From Daphnia carinata (taxonomy: Eukaryota): a DNA stretch of 64,000 nucleotides. Location of the stretch: NCBI RefSeq assembly GCF_022539665.2, contig NC_081333.1, positions 1,612,001 to 1,676,000 on the forward strand, in the 5' to 3' direction. Shown here piece by piece: positions 37,901 to 57,364 of the stretch. The position numbers were made by a program, and so were the translations under genes. The notes below the pieces were generated by a model. The model did not search any database. It saw only the letters and a program-made list of their open reading frames with translations, and had not been told where the DNA came from. How positions within the stretch are numbered: position 1 is the stretch's first letter; the number at the start of each line of letters is the position of its first letter.

Positions 37901-40900
37901 TTAAAAAAGAGGAATCTGGATTACCGGTAACGCTGCGGTCCTTGCTGGCATCGTGTGTTAACACGCGCAATACTAGTGGAACTAAAAGAGGCAGGTACAT
38001 CTTAAACTCAGCTCCCAATGCCATAGCTACATGTTCGATTAATAAGATAATCGTTATTTGGAAAGGACTATTAACAGTCCAATGCTCTTTCACAAGATCT
38101 AAGATCTGATCCAAATACGGGCGAATATGTTGCTTAACAATAGCAATAAGAAATCCAAGTTGCTGGAACAGGAATTCTTTCAGAGAAACCTCTGTTAATG
38201 GGGTAAAACGAACGACGTTCACAAAACTAGGGACAACCTAGAAAATATGAGCACGTGAAAATCTCGAAATCGTGTTTACGTGTATGCGAATTTACTTACT
38301 TGTTTAATGTAAGGGACGCATCGAACGCCCAAAGACTTGAAGATGAACATCACTGCGGTGACGACCGTGTTGTGGTGCTGGGAAAGGGTTTGATCTTTTA
38401 CTACGCGCATCAATGTTGCAATAGCCACAGCAGGGTAAAACTCTTCTAAGCTGGAGTAATTCATGTTGACTAGCATTTCGCTTGCCGATGAATCCATCAG
38501 AGAATCTGCATCTCGACCATCTGACATCGACATTACTGCACTTGAGTCGCCCTATTTTACGAAAGTATTGGACAGACCGTGCAACTTCAGCGTTTGGCCT
38601 TATGTATTTATTTTTTTAAATTTTTACCTGACTATCAATATGACCCAAGTTCATTTTGTGTTTATACGGATCCAGCGCTCCAAGCAGACCCAACACTCTC
38701 AAGGTTTCTCGTCGAATGGAAACAAGTTGCTCGGTTTTTAAGAAGCTCAACAGCAATTCAAGCAACGAAGGATATTCTTGATAAGGCTGAATTACACATC
38801 TTAAAAGAGGTGGGCGAGAAACCATAAAATCAAACGAGATTGATTTACCGAAAAAGCTATAACTGCTAAACTATAATTTACCCAGTACTTTCGATTAACT
38901 GTGCCAAGGTCCACAAAGCTACTTCCCTTTTCGCAGGAAGACTAGAATCCGCCAACATATCCAACAGCAATGGGAGTAGTTCAGGGCTCCACAGCCTCAT
39001 TTCACTCTCAGAAACTTGAGCTAAATCTCCGATTGCAGTAAGAACAGCAATCGTTACTCCGGGATTCGGGTCATTTTCCTTTAATTTTGGAACCAAAACT
39101 GGAATAGAAAACATTATCACTATGGCGTTACAATATCACTCTACTTTAAAGTTATTTACTTTTCAGTATCGGTTCCATATATGGTTTGATGAGTCTGGGT
39201 GCAGATGAGACTAAACGACCAAGTAACCTGGAACTTTGCTCTTTATTGCGGCCCATTCCACTGTGCTCTAGCTCAGTGAGCAACTGAATTAAAAGTTTCC
39301 GCAGCGCAGGCATGATATAAGCGGGATTCATCGAAGACAAATGACCAATAATACAGACAGCCATTTCTCGAATTTCGAAGACTTCATCATTCAGCGCTAC
39401 ACTAATAGAACCAAGATTTTCTGCGAGGGCCAAGTAAGAAAAGAAGTGGGGATCAAGGCTCGCAAAAACGCAGTATCGAACACTGGCGTCAGGATCCGTG
39501 ATTGCTGCAGTTAGTAACTTGCTTAAAACTTCGGCAACGGTTGCAGAAACAACTCGGACACCGCTACTTCTTAACGGCTTCTTTTTTAATTTTATGGACT
39601 CCTGGAGTGCGCACTTCAATAGCTGGCTACAAGTTCGTACAGCCTCAAGACGTATGGCCCTTTGTTCGCTGCACAAAAAGTGATCGGCGCAATGGCGAAC
39701 GAATTGTAGTAATAGTGGCTGACCTACAAGTAAAATTAAACTTAGAGACAAATTAAAATCGTTGAAGTACAAATTAAAAGTACCTTGAAAGTCAAAATTT
39801 CCTAACGTTCTCAGCGCTAAAACAGTATTGTTAACGTCGTCTCCAGCCGAAGATAGGGGTTGAATTGCAACTGGATTGAGTGCCATATGGTGTTTGGGCA
39901 TTCCTAAATAGCATAAATTAGGATCTTGTGAAAATGGGAAACTATACTCTAAAAGCTCTAATTTATAAACAGATACCTGGATGGCGAAGTGGTTGATGCA
40001 TCAAAACTAATGAAAGCATCCGCAACAACCCTTCTGCAATGTCCTTCTTAAGGACAGGAATTCTTAAGGCAAGCTCACGTAAGCACGTGGTCAAAGCCGG
40101 GCTCAACCCAACAGACAGCATGGGATCAAGGAGATCCTTGAATTCAGAGGTTAGGTGAGAACGTCCTAAAGCCCGGCCAAGCAAACTCATGCAGACAAAA
40201 ACAGCAACGTCGGGAGTGGTGGAACGCTTTTTCGTAGATGGGTCCTAGTATTGTACCGATTAAGATTTCATTAAGAGACACTCTAAAATCAATTGATTAG
40301 CAGCTGTACCTTGGTATGAGGTAACGTGGTACGAATGTAGTTAATGATACCCGGTAGATATTTAGCAATATCTCCTTCAATACAAACAGCAATGTAGCCA
40401 ATAGTGATCAAGGCAAGTTGATTTTTTTCTTTCCGGTTTACGCACGTCATCAAGTAGCCCATGGTGGTATTTAAATACCTTGAGAACAACAAGTAAGTAG
40501 CTAGTTTAGAAGGGGACAGGACATTTTAAGGATGATAGCAATAAATTAAAAATATTTCTTAAATGAGATAAATAGATCCTAAGGCCAATCTCGCGCAAAA
40601 CGAAAATGCACATAAATACCTATCGGAAAAGCGCGTTCGATCATAAGCAGCCAGCCTTGGTAGAATTCCCATTAGGGCTGCCTGTACATGGACACTTTTC
40701 GAGATGCTGTGTCGAAGCGTGTTGGCACAAATGTCATCAAAATGGTCGGCAGTTAGCTGGCGACAAGCGGCGCTTTCAACTATTGGGTACTGTTACAATT
40801 TAAATGTAAAACGATTAAAGGTACGGACGCTAATGTAAAACGATGGTGCATGTCACCTGCTGAGGTGCAACAATTGACAGCGGTGACACCGCACTGCCTA

Positions 40901-42185
40901 TTCTCGACTGAGCGACATGTCCCGGTAAAAGGCGCAAGTTGTTGTAGAGCGAGGGAGTGTTAATCAGCTCAACTGCCCCGTTGGGCAAAACTCGAGAAGT
41001 TGTAGAAATCATACTATCCTGTTATGAAAATAAAAATCACGATGTTTACATTCATCCTGGCATCCAACGTACAATCTGTTCAACCTGGACAGTTTGCGAA
41101 TGAAGCGAATTTAATTGTTCTAATTCAGCAAGGAGTCGTTCGCCTTCTGCATTCGAACAACGTAAGAGTTCTTGAAGAACCAGCAGAGATCCATGGGCCC
41201 TATCGTCTTTCGTCAGTCCTTTATCTTTGGCCAATGGTTCCTCGAAACCTTGTTGAGCTTCATCAAAGCACTGCTTATACCTAATTAGTAAAAAGGCTTG
41301 CCAACTACATATAATATAGAACTAATTTGGTTCGTTCAATACCAAGTAGGCTTTTGCGCTTCTTTAGTTTCTCGCTGAGAGGTCACGACTAAGGCAGAAC
41401 GTAAAGCGGCAACCGCGCCTTCACGGATCATTGGTTTAGAGTCCCGTACGGCATAAAAAATTACATCAAAAAAAGTCTGAACTTGTTGAAAGAAGAAAGT
41501 GGGCGTAGATAAAGCCAATTCTCGTAAGACCAATACCTAAGAAGCAAAGATTACAGGATTTGTACGATGTGAATTGATCTTTGTTGAACTTACCGCCGCA
41601 TGCCTGCGGCCTTCATTTCTCTCGCCGCTGAGCCACTCAAAAGCACGTTTCACCTCAAATTCCACGTATTCAGCTGTATAGCTTCCTGACACCTGGATAC
41701 ACACGAAATTTTGATAAGCAGAAAGTTGATTTTGAATACATTTTGGTTAGATGAAAACTTACTAAAGTCAATTTTCCAAGTGCTCTTGCAGTTAGTTCCA
41801 TTACAACAACATCTTGGGAAGGGAGTAAGTTTTTTAAATAATTCGCAAACCTGGTCATCCTGGCATTGGTATTCCCAACATCTACTTGAAGTAAACTAAC
41901 TATAGCCAGAATGCCACCTTTTTTTTCATTTACGTCTGAGCTTGAGACCATGTCAAATATATGGTGATTTAAATCATCCACAAATGAAATGACATCTTCT
42001 TGTAATGCCTCTCTTAATTCAGATGTCACCTGAAAAATGTTTGTGCAACACTGTTAATTAACATTTTTGTAACAGAAAATTCATTTTCTTACATAATGGT
42101 GTAAATCTCGGGCAGCCTTTAACCTTGAATCTTCATTTCGAGATTTAAGCCCACTGATGAACTGTTGCATTATGGCAGACGCCAT
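31962..42185 (-). CDS. MTOR: Serine/threonine kinase TOR (HEAT, FAT, FRB, PIKK kinase and FATC domains), many exons
   Basis: Starts [41 protein letters not shown] and [13 protein letters not shown]. Kinase: [53 protein letters not shown], with the last coding exon at 31977-31962. Confidence 0.98.
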
Positions 42186-42851
42186 TCTTTCTGGTTAATA
42201 GAAACCCTACTGCATTATATAAAGAAGAATGTTTGTAAAATCAATTTCAGATTAGCCACATTGTAAGCAGGGGAACAGGTAAACACATTATCAATTGTCA
42301 ACAAACCCACGTACTCTCTAGAAAAAATGTTGCTACAACGCGACCGATAATTCCATCTATTTCAGCGAAACAAAACGAAAGAAAAAATTGTGTTTTTTAT
42401 GTTTTCCGCACAATTCTCTACGTAGACAAATAGACGTGAATTTGCCGGACACAACCATAACAACAAATTTCACAAAATAAAAGACATCTGACGGGAACTG
42501 CAAAATACCTTTTGATACAAATAACCGTGCCAAGATGTCTCGCCCTCACCATGATCGCTCTAGCACTGCCTCTAGTGGCAATTTTTTTTTTTAGTTTGGA
42601 CTTCGTTTTCGTTTTAGACATCAATTTAAGCAGACGATAACTAATTCCGATTTCTCCAACTCCATTCGTATTTATATTATGGTAGAATTTTACTAGAAAA
42701 ATTGTTAAAAGCTATCAAATACTTTAGTGATCTATTTTCTGTTTCATGCACCCTAAAAATAAATAAAAAATGGAGATAATACTTCATGTTTGAAAAGTGG
42801 AATCCCCTTTGGATGACATGTTCAGATTTACTTTCCATTGACAAGCTAACA

Positions 42852-45094
<2,243 letters not shown>

Positions 45095-45590
45095 GGGAAA
45101 CTTAAAATTATTATTATTATTTTTTTACTTTCAAATAGAGGGGCTTCTTGTCAACTTCATGTTGTGTTCTTGTCAACGTCTACAAGGATCGAAAACTCTT
45201 TGATTCCCTGTTTTGAAGTACTCCTCTCCCGCTTGTTGTGATATTGATACACCGTTGATAATATCGTAAAACTTTTTGACTATATAACACAATTGTACAT
45301 GATTATTTGAAAGAGAAATACTTATTGGACCGAGTGATTTGATATTTGTTGATTGTTTTGTCTTGTCGTTCGGCTTACTTCGTTACGTGAATTTAAATTG
45401 ATCTGCATTTGCATCTAGGTCCACTTATAAACCGTAACGAATTCTAAGGAATACACTTGGATATATCTCAAGCACGATGTTGCTGAGTCTTAGTCAAATT
45501 TTAGATTATATATTTCAAATAATATGAATAATCAAGCATTTTTTACTCTCAGTATTGTACTGGGCAGAGCAGGTACTCGCATTAGAGAGC

Positions 45591-48500
45591 TTACGGAATA
45601 TATACTTCAGTTCCACCTACCTTCAGACTGATACCCGTTAGGTTAACAGTTGCTCTGTGAATTACCATATCTTGGCATCCCTGCGAAGCGAAACCGATAA
45701 GATTTACAGTTTTCACTAGATATTAAACGTTCACTGGTTTACCTCGATAGACGTAACGCTGCTTTCTATTCTGCTCCTGTCTTCAGGTCGCTTGAGGAAG
45801 CCATAGTAAAACCCTCCACCTATAATGGTGGATTTGCAGGGAAATATTATTTCTACAGCCTACATGATACTGATGATTCAAGGCCACAAACCTCCTGCTC
45901 CTGCTAGACTCTGCCCATAAACGAAATCTGACAATGTATGCATCAAGCATTTTACCATTTGGGGTTCGCATCCTGGTGCGATCAATTTTTTATCTTTCCA
46001 GTAATTATCGACTGCGCCACATAACTCATCGATATTCCCTATGATAAATTTTTAATGACATTTATGCTATATTCAATTGATTATGGTTAACGAGTTACCT
46101 TGGAGAATGGCATTTTTACATGCATAAGAATTTTCAATTAGCCGATTGAAGCAATCGGTTGTTGCTTCCTTGCGCGCATACCACATTCGAATCACATTCT
46201 GAAGCAAGTTTTTGGCAAGCCTGACCTTTCCTGTATGAACTAGAAGCAGCCGCTGGTCAATGAATTTGACGGTCCTTTTTTTGCCACGGGAAAACAAAAT
46301 TAGGTTATTTAATTTAATGATTTTTTAAAATTTTTAAGATAATTCTTTGTCTTGCTTTTTTCTAAACAGTTTACTGCAATAGCTTACTGTTCTGACAGTT
46401 GAATTTTCTCGACATGAACCTGAACATTGGGATCGGCAAAAGAATAGCCTCTGTTGCAACCTCCCATCACGCCAGCTACCTACAGAAGGAAAACTTTTTG
46501 TACAGCTAATCCACGAAATGCTATTATACAAATTTGTACCTGATCCTGCCATCCGCCTCCTGTAGTTAAGAGCTGTTCGATATGCAACACCTATTTTCAT
46601 TTGGAAAATCCGAATTCCATATTTCCATTAAAAATTCCAGTCACGTTGCAACAAGAACGGATAAGAAGGAAGTCTTGATTTTACCGCGTGAATAAGATGT
46701 AAACGGTTAAACTTGTATCCCATTATATGATAAATAACCGCTAGCAATGCCGACGCTAGAATACTGCTGGTACCCAATCCGGAACCAGTAGGTAGTTTGG
46801 ACCAGCAATGCAATTCCAAACCACTGCCCAAGGTCTAGTAAAGTATGGAAATTAGGGTCACGGGATTAATACATAAAGAGTTTAAAACAATTGCTACGAT
46901 ATTTGGATTAATATAACTATGGCATATCTACCCTTTCGAGCTGCTGCGGCAAATCTTGATGACAATCTCCTTGCACTACTCCAGCGCAAATTAAAGAAGC
47001 CTTTAAAAGGGCTCCGGGTGCAGTTGGATTATTATAGTCCATTAATTGGTCAATCGAAGAAATAACCAGTGGCTCTGACTGACCCTCAGAAACCAACACA
47101 AGTTGAAATTTTTCGAGTCTTCTTCCTCGAGCTCCAATCGGTTTCTGTTTACGAAAAGAAAGCAACAAGCAACATCAACCAAACAAGAAAAAGAACGTAA
47201 AGGAAAAAACCCAAATGAAAAACAAACAAAATGAACAAATAAAAAACAGCAAATCATACTAAAAAAAAATGATAATACCTCTCCATCAACCAGGATCGCA
47301 ACATTAACAACGCTGCCGCCAATCTCGTAACAAATCGGAGGAGTATCTGACCTTATTAAGCAATTTAGAAATGATTCATTAGCGACTTGAGTTAGGTTTT
47401 TAAAAAACTATATACGCACCAGCCTCCAGAAAGATCAAGTCTAGCTGGACATTCCGACTCGACCCACTCACCTGCCAAATTAAATGAAATGGAAATCATT
47501 TTGCATTATTTGGCTTTTTCTTTGCTTTTGTCATTTTGATGCATTAAAGTAATACCGAATGATGGCCTGTTCGTAATGGAAATGTCGCAGTTCTTGACCA
47601 TATGGTTTTGCACACTTTTGACGGTGTCACGTATGAGAATATGGACGGTGCGATCATAGTGACGAGCCGCACGGATCAAAAGTTCTGGAGTTGCTAACCA
47701 TTTAGTCCGTTGATGAGCTAAGGCAAGGACAGCATCATGCAAGGAATGCTATTTAAGGAATGCTATTTAAGAAACGGTAATTTCATGCAACGGTTCAAAA
47801 TACATTATTGCTTTCTGACCTCTAAAAGGCGAAAAGCTGGAGTCCATTCTTTATTGGTTGCAGGGCCATTGCGTTCACCACTAAGGGGGCCAGCTTTCCA
47901 TGCCAGCAGGTCAGCAATAGCAGCCAACAGTCGCGGAAGATCACGTCTTTCACCTTCTAATGCGGCTTGGTCCAGGGCACTCAGCAAGGCGTCGGCCCAT
48001 TTTTCTACGGTTAAAAAAATAATTGTATAAAAAGGTAAAACTGTTTATGTTGTAAAGGAAATGCTAACTAGTTTTTCTTTTTTTTCTACGCACTGACATC
48101 CTGTTATAAGCTAACTGCTGAACATCCAACTGCCACGTACCAGCACAAGCCCGCCGAAAATAAGGGGCCAATGAACCCGGCCAGCGAGAAATCGCTCCCA
48201 AAATAGCGGTGGTGTTGGTCAATCTGAGATTACGAAGAGAAGTTTGTGGATCACATAGTTGGTGAAAATCTTCCATCGAATATCTCTTGTTGTTACGCCA
48301 GCTCTCGAGTCGGGACTCTGTAATACCATCGATGTCTTGAAGCCAGAGAAGATCTTTCCAGCTATTTACGTCTTTGGTCAGGGGAAAAAGTCGGGCGGTC
48401 ATAAGTGAATGAACGCCAATATCTGGTGCCCATACGTCCTCTGGTTTAATGCCTTTCTTTAAAAAGAATCCAGTCCAGTCCAGGCCAAAGATAGTTGCGC

Positions 48501-50252
48501 GCAGATGGTTGTATTCTAAAGTTGGAATGTCCATAGCCGAAAAAAGAGATCTTCCCAATCTTATTTCATTGTCTACGCGAATCCAGTATCCAATCATACA
48601 GACGTTGTCGTTTAAATAAAACTCGGGTATCTAGAAACAAAGAAATTTCGCCAAAAATTACACGAAAAATGCAAGTAAACAAAATTTTAAAACAAGTACC
48701 TCGTCCATGTCTACTTTCGTATTTAGTAAATAGGCCCTTCCGGCCAATCGCAAAAACCGGTCTGGTTGGACAGATTGAATGGAAGACGAAATCATTACCA
48801 ACTCGTTGTCGTACAAGTTTGGCTCGATCACGCTGTTTATGCATATGGCTGGCGCATTCCGTTTAATTGTGCAATTTAGAACTGGCGGCTGATCGGTAGA
48901 CGCATGAAATACGGAATCCCGATGCAATATTTTCTCCAATGGAAGCGCGGTCCAGTTAACGAAGTTTAACTGGGGAAGATGAGTTGTACATAGTTGAAAT
49001 TCATGAAGTTCCTCCCAAAGCATTGATCTGAAGAAAGATGGAGAAAATGTAACAAGAATGGGATGGTAACTTATAATGTTGAGGAGAACATGTACTTTAA
49101 CTAAACTGACCTAGCTTTAACTTTATCCTCATCATTCATAATGCCAATAATGTTATCACGTAACTGGTTAATACTACCAGACAAATAAGCATTTTTGTCT
49201 TTAATCCAAAGTGGTCCAAGCAGGTCATAAAACAAAGAAAACTGAAAATAAGAACCAATCATCCAACTATTAGTACTAATGGCTAATTATACCTTTTCAA
49301 GCTTTACATAGGAAAGTGTCTACCACGCATTACCTGTAAAATTTGGGCTCCGTTATCCTCGCCAAAATAGGTACAGCGATGCAAAGGAAATTTGCTGCTC
49401 AAAGAAACCAACTTCTTGGCAACCGTTGATTTCAGATAGACGATTCCGCTACTTATATTTAGTTTTAATTCTGTGGGGGCTTCATCTGGTGAAACAAATG
49501 ACAGTGAATCCACTATTGCCTCTTCCTGTTCCCTCAAGTTCACTGAGTCACAATAAATTGCATCCCCATGTTGACACTGCAGGGTGATCACTAGTGCATC
49601 CGGTGAAGGAATAGGCCAATTAAAAGGCTCCATTGTATAACCGGAAAGAATCAAATCAGTTGAAACAACCCATACTCCAGGCGGTGCCTCTTCCTTCAAC
49701 TGCAGTCAAATAATAACTTGTCTGAAAGATGATTATCCTTTGATTTACATCACAAATACCTGAATGCATAACGTTGTAATGAATTCAATATATGTTTCCA
49801 ATCCTGACCCATTTTTATTCTTATTTTGTGTTGGAAGAACAGCAGAGCCATTAGGCCAATAACAAAATGGGTTTTTTGTTGACCTTCCATGATGAACAAT
49901 TAAGATGTGTGATTCAGCCAAGATTTCACCAAATTTTCCTCCAATATGACATATCTACATTTTGAAATCATTATAAACAAGACCTTTTAAGGTAGAATAG
50001 GGTAAAACTAAATACAAAACTATAAAACATCAATAATACATTTTTGGAGTCTCTAATACTGGTAAGCCTTTCCACTGTAACCAACAAGGCATTAAGAGTT
50101 GCTTCTCCATCCCCCTCAGTTTCTGTGCGATCTGGTAAAACTATACATAACTGTGAATTCAATAGGCTTTGACTGTTAAGGATAGATAATTCTTCTGTAA
50201 TGGCAGATGCCCATGCAGCATCTCTGCATGTTACAGTAACACATGTCCACAT
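45591..50252 (-). CDS. FCSK: L-fucose kinase (N-terminal nucleotidyltransferase-like region plus GHMP kinase domain)
   Basis: [98 protein letters not shown] and LAGAGGGGF. Confidence 0.9.
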
Positions 50253-51231
50253 CACGAACTGGTTTAATATTCAAATCCTTCTTTGGTGTAAGTTCGATCA
50301 CGCATATACTGCAGGTAGAGCCCGTGATAGAATGGATTGATATTATATACAACCAACGTCGGCAACATATATAATAAGAATTGGTGATGATGCACCTGCA
50401 GATAAAGAATACAAGGGAGAATACAATGGACGTGGATCATTACGGACGTGAAGACGCAACGTGGTGACGTCTACTGCAATAGTTTACTAACAAGCGCTAC
50501 TAGCGGTCGAGTTTTAAATCTCAAATTCCATGGCTGCACAAACTACTTCTGCTATAAATTCCGAGTATACCATCGAAGATTTTGAATGGACGTTACTATT
50601 TACTAGTAACAAAAGCTAAAAATGACAAGCTTTTCCAAATTCCGGGAGAAATGCCACAAATCAATGCGACAATCTGGGGTGTGAGGTATAACCATGGTGT
50701 AACATTATAACAAAAGTTTATAACCGCGTGTCCCACTGACCTGGCGCCCACCACTCGTATGAGAATGTATGTGACTGTGTGCCAATGTGTCGTCTGTCGT
50801 GCCGTGCCGTCAGGTGCCGTGTATCGTCTGTATATGTTTGCGACGTTTCCCTCTCTTTTTCAGAAAGGGCTTCGCTCTCCCGTATTCCACTTGTGGTCGG
50901 CGGGTTTATTTCGTCTTAGAAAAAACAAAACGAAAAAAACACGAAATTTCGATAGTCTGTCTTTTTCTGTTATTGAGTGTACCATATCGCTATCTCATTG
51001 TAAACCTGCGACGCGACTGAACTTCACTTTTCGGAATGAAAGTTGACTGGAGATTTCAGCAAAAATCATGTCCTACTCCATCGCACAGTAGAATTGTGCA
51101 ATGAAGAAGGCAATCATTTAACTGTGTGCTTGCATAGGTTGGATTTTCCTTTATTGTAAATTGTCTTATCAAAAACAATCCGAAAAATCAATCAAATCCC
51201 AGCTTCCCATTGAAGACAAGTAAAATCAGCT

Positions 51232-54200
51232 ATGGCAGACCAGGGAAGTAATTCTAGAGGTAAAAGACATGGAGGCTCCCACTTTAGAGGGAATAACAAC
51301 TGGAGATCAAATCGATGGAGAGGTCGTGGGTTCCACAGAGGCAATGGTTCAAGAGAAAATGCCAGCAATGAAGGTATGCTGTTCTAGTTTATCAAGCATT
51401 AATATTTTTAGGTGCATAATCTTTTCTTTGAAAAGGTTCTTGCCCAATCAATAACACCTCATCTTCTAATCATGAACAAGACAGGAGACTAAGACAAAGA
51501 AGCCACATAGACCAACATTTTCCACCAGTAGATTGTCCATATAAAGGATGGAAACACTACTTTCCCACTGAAGGCAAAAACGAATGTTACAAAATATCTA
51601 TTCTTTTCCAGGTTTACTAATAAATGTGGCAATCCAGATTTTGTTCCAACTTCTAGAACAGTTCAGCAAATTAAATGGACAATTGAACTATTTTCCCATG
51701 AAGAGGATATGTTTGACTTAAGTGCTGTGGCAGAAGATGGAGGATTTGCTCTTGATTATCAATTTTTAATAGAGGACAAATATTTCTGTGAAGTGTGGCC
51801 ACAATTTAAAGCTGACTTGATTGAAACCCCTTCCACTACTTTGGCAGTGCTAAGTTTAGCGATGTATCAAGTTCGTAAGCTTAACTTTTTCAAAGGTGAT
51901 GATTAATCCTATTCCTCTTCGAATTGTATAGTTATTGGTGGATAAAGCCAAACAAAATGGATGCGACGACATGGGAGAAGATCTCTGCGAAAAAAGCAAC
52001 TTAACGATCGACGTACCATATTTTCGCGCTCGATTAGTCAATTACCGAAAACTCACTCCCCTCAAGAGTCTCCGTGCAGCCCTTTTTGGAAAGTTGGTTG
52101 CAGTGTCAGGCACCTGTGTTCGTGCAAGCAACACTACTCCTCTGTGTTTAGTCCTAGCGTTCCAATGCCGCACATGTTCTGGCGTATTTACTTACCCGCA
52201 AACGGACGGGAAATACGAATCACCACCTCGCTGCATCTTGGATAGAGATGGTTTACAATGTACTGGAAATAACTTCGACCCTCTTCGAAGTTCACCAAGA
52301 AACCTAATTGTTGAATGGCAATCTATTCGAATTCAAGAAAACACCTCGGAAAATCTGGTAATGATTAATACTTCCTCAAGCATTCAATTTAACTGGGCGA
52401 TAATAGGCGGTGAACTTCAAAATTTCAGGAAATAGGAAGGATCCCACGGGCAGTCGACTGTGAATTAATGCAGGATCTTGTTGGCACTTGCTCGCCTGGT
52501 GAAGTGGTCACAGTTGTTGGCATTGTTAAAGTAGGAATTACGCCCTTCTCTGTGGAACAAACTTAGACATTAACTGATTAATTTGAAGGCTGTTAACGTG
52601 AAAGATTCGGATCGGGGAAGTAAAGATAGCAGTATGTTCACTTTCTATATCGAAGCAGTTTCCGTCTATAATGACGACCGAGGTAAGAAGCCTGAAACCG
52701 AAACCGAGCCATTAAGCGAAACCGCGTCATCCTGTAGTGGCCTTTTGACATTCAACATGAAAGATTATCACGCAATTCGGGTTCGTTTCTTCTATTTTTT
52801 TTTTCTCTTCTTTAATTGCATTGGATTTAATTACTACTGTATTTACCTGTTTCACCTCTGGTTTATAGAAGATCCACGAAGAACCGAATCTATTTGCCTT
52901 CTTAGTAGCTTCCCTATGCCCTTCAATATACGGCAACACTTTAGTTAAAGCAGGTATTCAGGTTAAACTACGTCTATCTGAATTTTACCTTTGCCTTTTG
53001 TTGTTGTGCTAATAACCTCCATGTCTAGGATTGCTCCTTGGCCTGTTCGGTGGAAACAATTCTCCTATTTGTACAGCAAAAGGTCCTTTCTGTAAACGCT
53101 CCGACATCCATGTGTTAATAGTAGGTGATCCAGGTTTAGGAAAATCTCAAATGCTTCACGCCTGTTCTATGGTTTCTCCACGAGGTTTACAGAACTATTT
53201 ATCTGCAGGTTATGCTTTTACCCTCGCTTACAAAATTCTTTTACAGGTGTCTTTGTATGTGGTAATTCAACCACAAATTCCGGTTTGACCGTTACCCTAA
53301 CGAAGGATGGAAAGACCAACGGTAACGAGTACACTCTAGAAGCTGGTGCTCTGGTATTGGGAGATCAAGGCACTTGCTGTATCGATGAGTTCGATAAGAT
53401 GACGGGACAACATCAAGTAAATTTCCTTTAAAAAATTACACTTGCTAGCTTATAATCCTTTCGTTTTTCCTAGGCGTTACTGGAAGCCATGGAACAGCAA
53501 AGCATTAGGTACATACACTTATGTTACTAGTAAGTATAAACGTAGCATTACCTTTTGTTTCATATTGTCACTAGTTTGGCTAAAGCTGGCGTAGTTTGCA
53601 CTCTGCCTGCGCGCACTTCAATTCTTGCTGCCGCCAATCCCGTTGGAGGTCATTACAACAGGGCTAAAACTGTTTCTGAAAATATTAAACTTGGACCGGC
53701 GCTTCTATCTCGCTTTGATTTGGTTTTCCTCCTCCTAGATAGACCAGATATGGTAAATTTATTCAGAAACTGTTTGAAACTTCAGTCCTAACTGTTTGTA
53801 ATGTGCTAGGCGGTAGACGTATTGTTGACGGAACATATTATGGGTTTGCATGCCAGTAAGCAATCTGCCTGTTCCAGTATGTCAAGTAATTGCAAGACGT
53901 CTTTGTCCGCCAACACTTCTGATGGAAAAGAAACCACTTTAAAGTATTTAGCTCCGTCTAATTTGTTCAGTTTCACTAAATCCCATTCTAAAATCATTCC
54001 AGGGTGCGTCTTTGCTTGAACGACGTCGACGCTGACCTTTTACCAGCCCCGTTACTCAGGAAATATATAGCGTATGCAAAGGAGTATGTTCACCCTGTTT
54101 TGAATGAGGAAGCTAAAAAAGAAATCCACGATTTCTATTTGCACTTGCGCATGTCGCAGTACTCCACGGATTCTACTCCAATCACTCCTAGGCAGCTGGA

Positions 54201-54711
54201 ATCACTAGTGCGGTTATCTCAGGTACAAAAATAGACGGGCTGCTTATTTTTCCTGTTACATTCTGCTAATCTAACGCCACTTAGGCAAGGGCCAAAGCAG
54301 AACTACGAACGGAAGTCACAGGACAAGACGCTCGCGACGTGATTGAATTAGTAAAAACAAGTTTTGATGACGTCTTTAAAAATGAATTTGGTTCATTGGA
54401 TTTTAGCCGCTCTCAGAATGGTTCGGGAATGAGCTCGCGAAACGAGGTAAGACTTGACTATCGTACATTACGCTGGCGAAGATACCGTTTTTTATCAATT
54501 GTTAACATTGTAGGGTAAAAGATTCATCGCGTTTCTTCAATCTTATGCCAGTAGGCATGATAAACTGTCATTTAGTTTTGACGAACTGAAAGCTCTTGCA
54601 GTACAATGCAACTTGGGACAAACAGGGAACTTTAAGCAGTTCATAGAAACGTTGAATAACCAAAATTATTTGTTGAATAAGGGTGGTTCCATTTATAAGT
54701 TAGTTAGTTGA
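51232..54711 (+). CDS. MCM8: DNA helicase MCM8
   Basis: RG-rich N-terminus, [10 protein letters not shown], a Zn finger, Walker [10 protein letters not shown], Walker [28 protein letters not shown], the arginine finger [17 protein letters not shown] and a C-terminal winged helix ([11 protein letters not shown]). Confidence 0.93.
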
Positions 54712-55169
54712 TTTAAATTCTAAAAAAACGTCGGTTGATGTGTGTACTTATCCAGCAATGTGCTTACGAATACAAAACGTTGGTATGAAACTGAAGTAAA
54801 CATTGAAGAAATGAAAATGATACATATAAGAAGTGGTTGCTTAGTTAGTAGTGCACAATTGAGAAGAAAGTTGCACGTGTAAAAATTGAACAGCTTTTCT
54901 GAGGAGGTAAAAACGGAGAGAAAAATCAAGAATGAGATTACTTCCGATTTAAAAATAACGGATGACTGTGCGGATGTCCTACAGACCGTCAATGCACTTA
55001 CTTTCCTTTGGCAGAATTATTCGCCAACGACTACTGCTAGTATCTCATCGTCGAAGAGTTAGAAATAGTTACTGAACATGAAAAATTCCCCAAATGATAG
55101 ATGTTCCGACCCTAGAGATAACGACGCCCCGTCCTGCACCTCCTAAGTTAATGCACAATTCCATCACAA

Positions 55170-57364
<2,195 letters not shown>

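Noticed and set aside
50743..50751. TGGCGCCCA resembling a retroviral tRNA-Lys primer-binding site
   Set aside because: There is no LTR pair or gag/pol nearby. It lies in the FCSK/MCM8 promoter gap.
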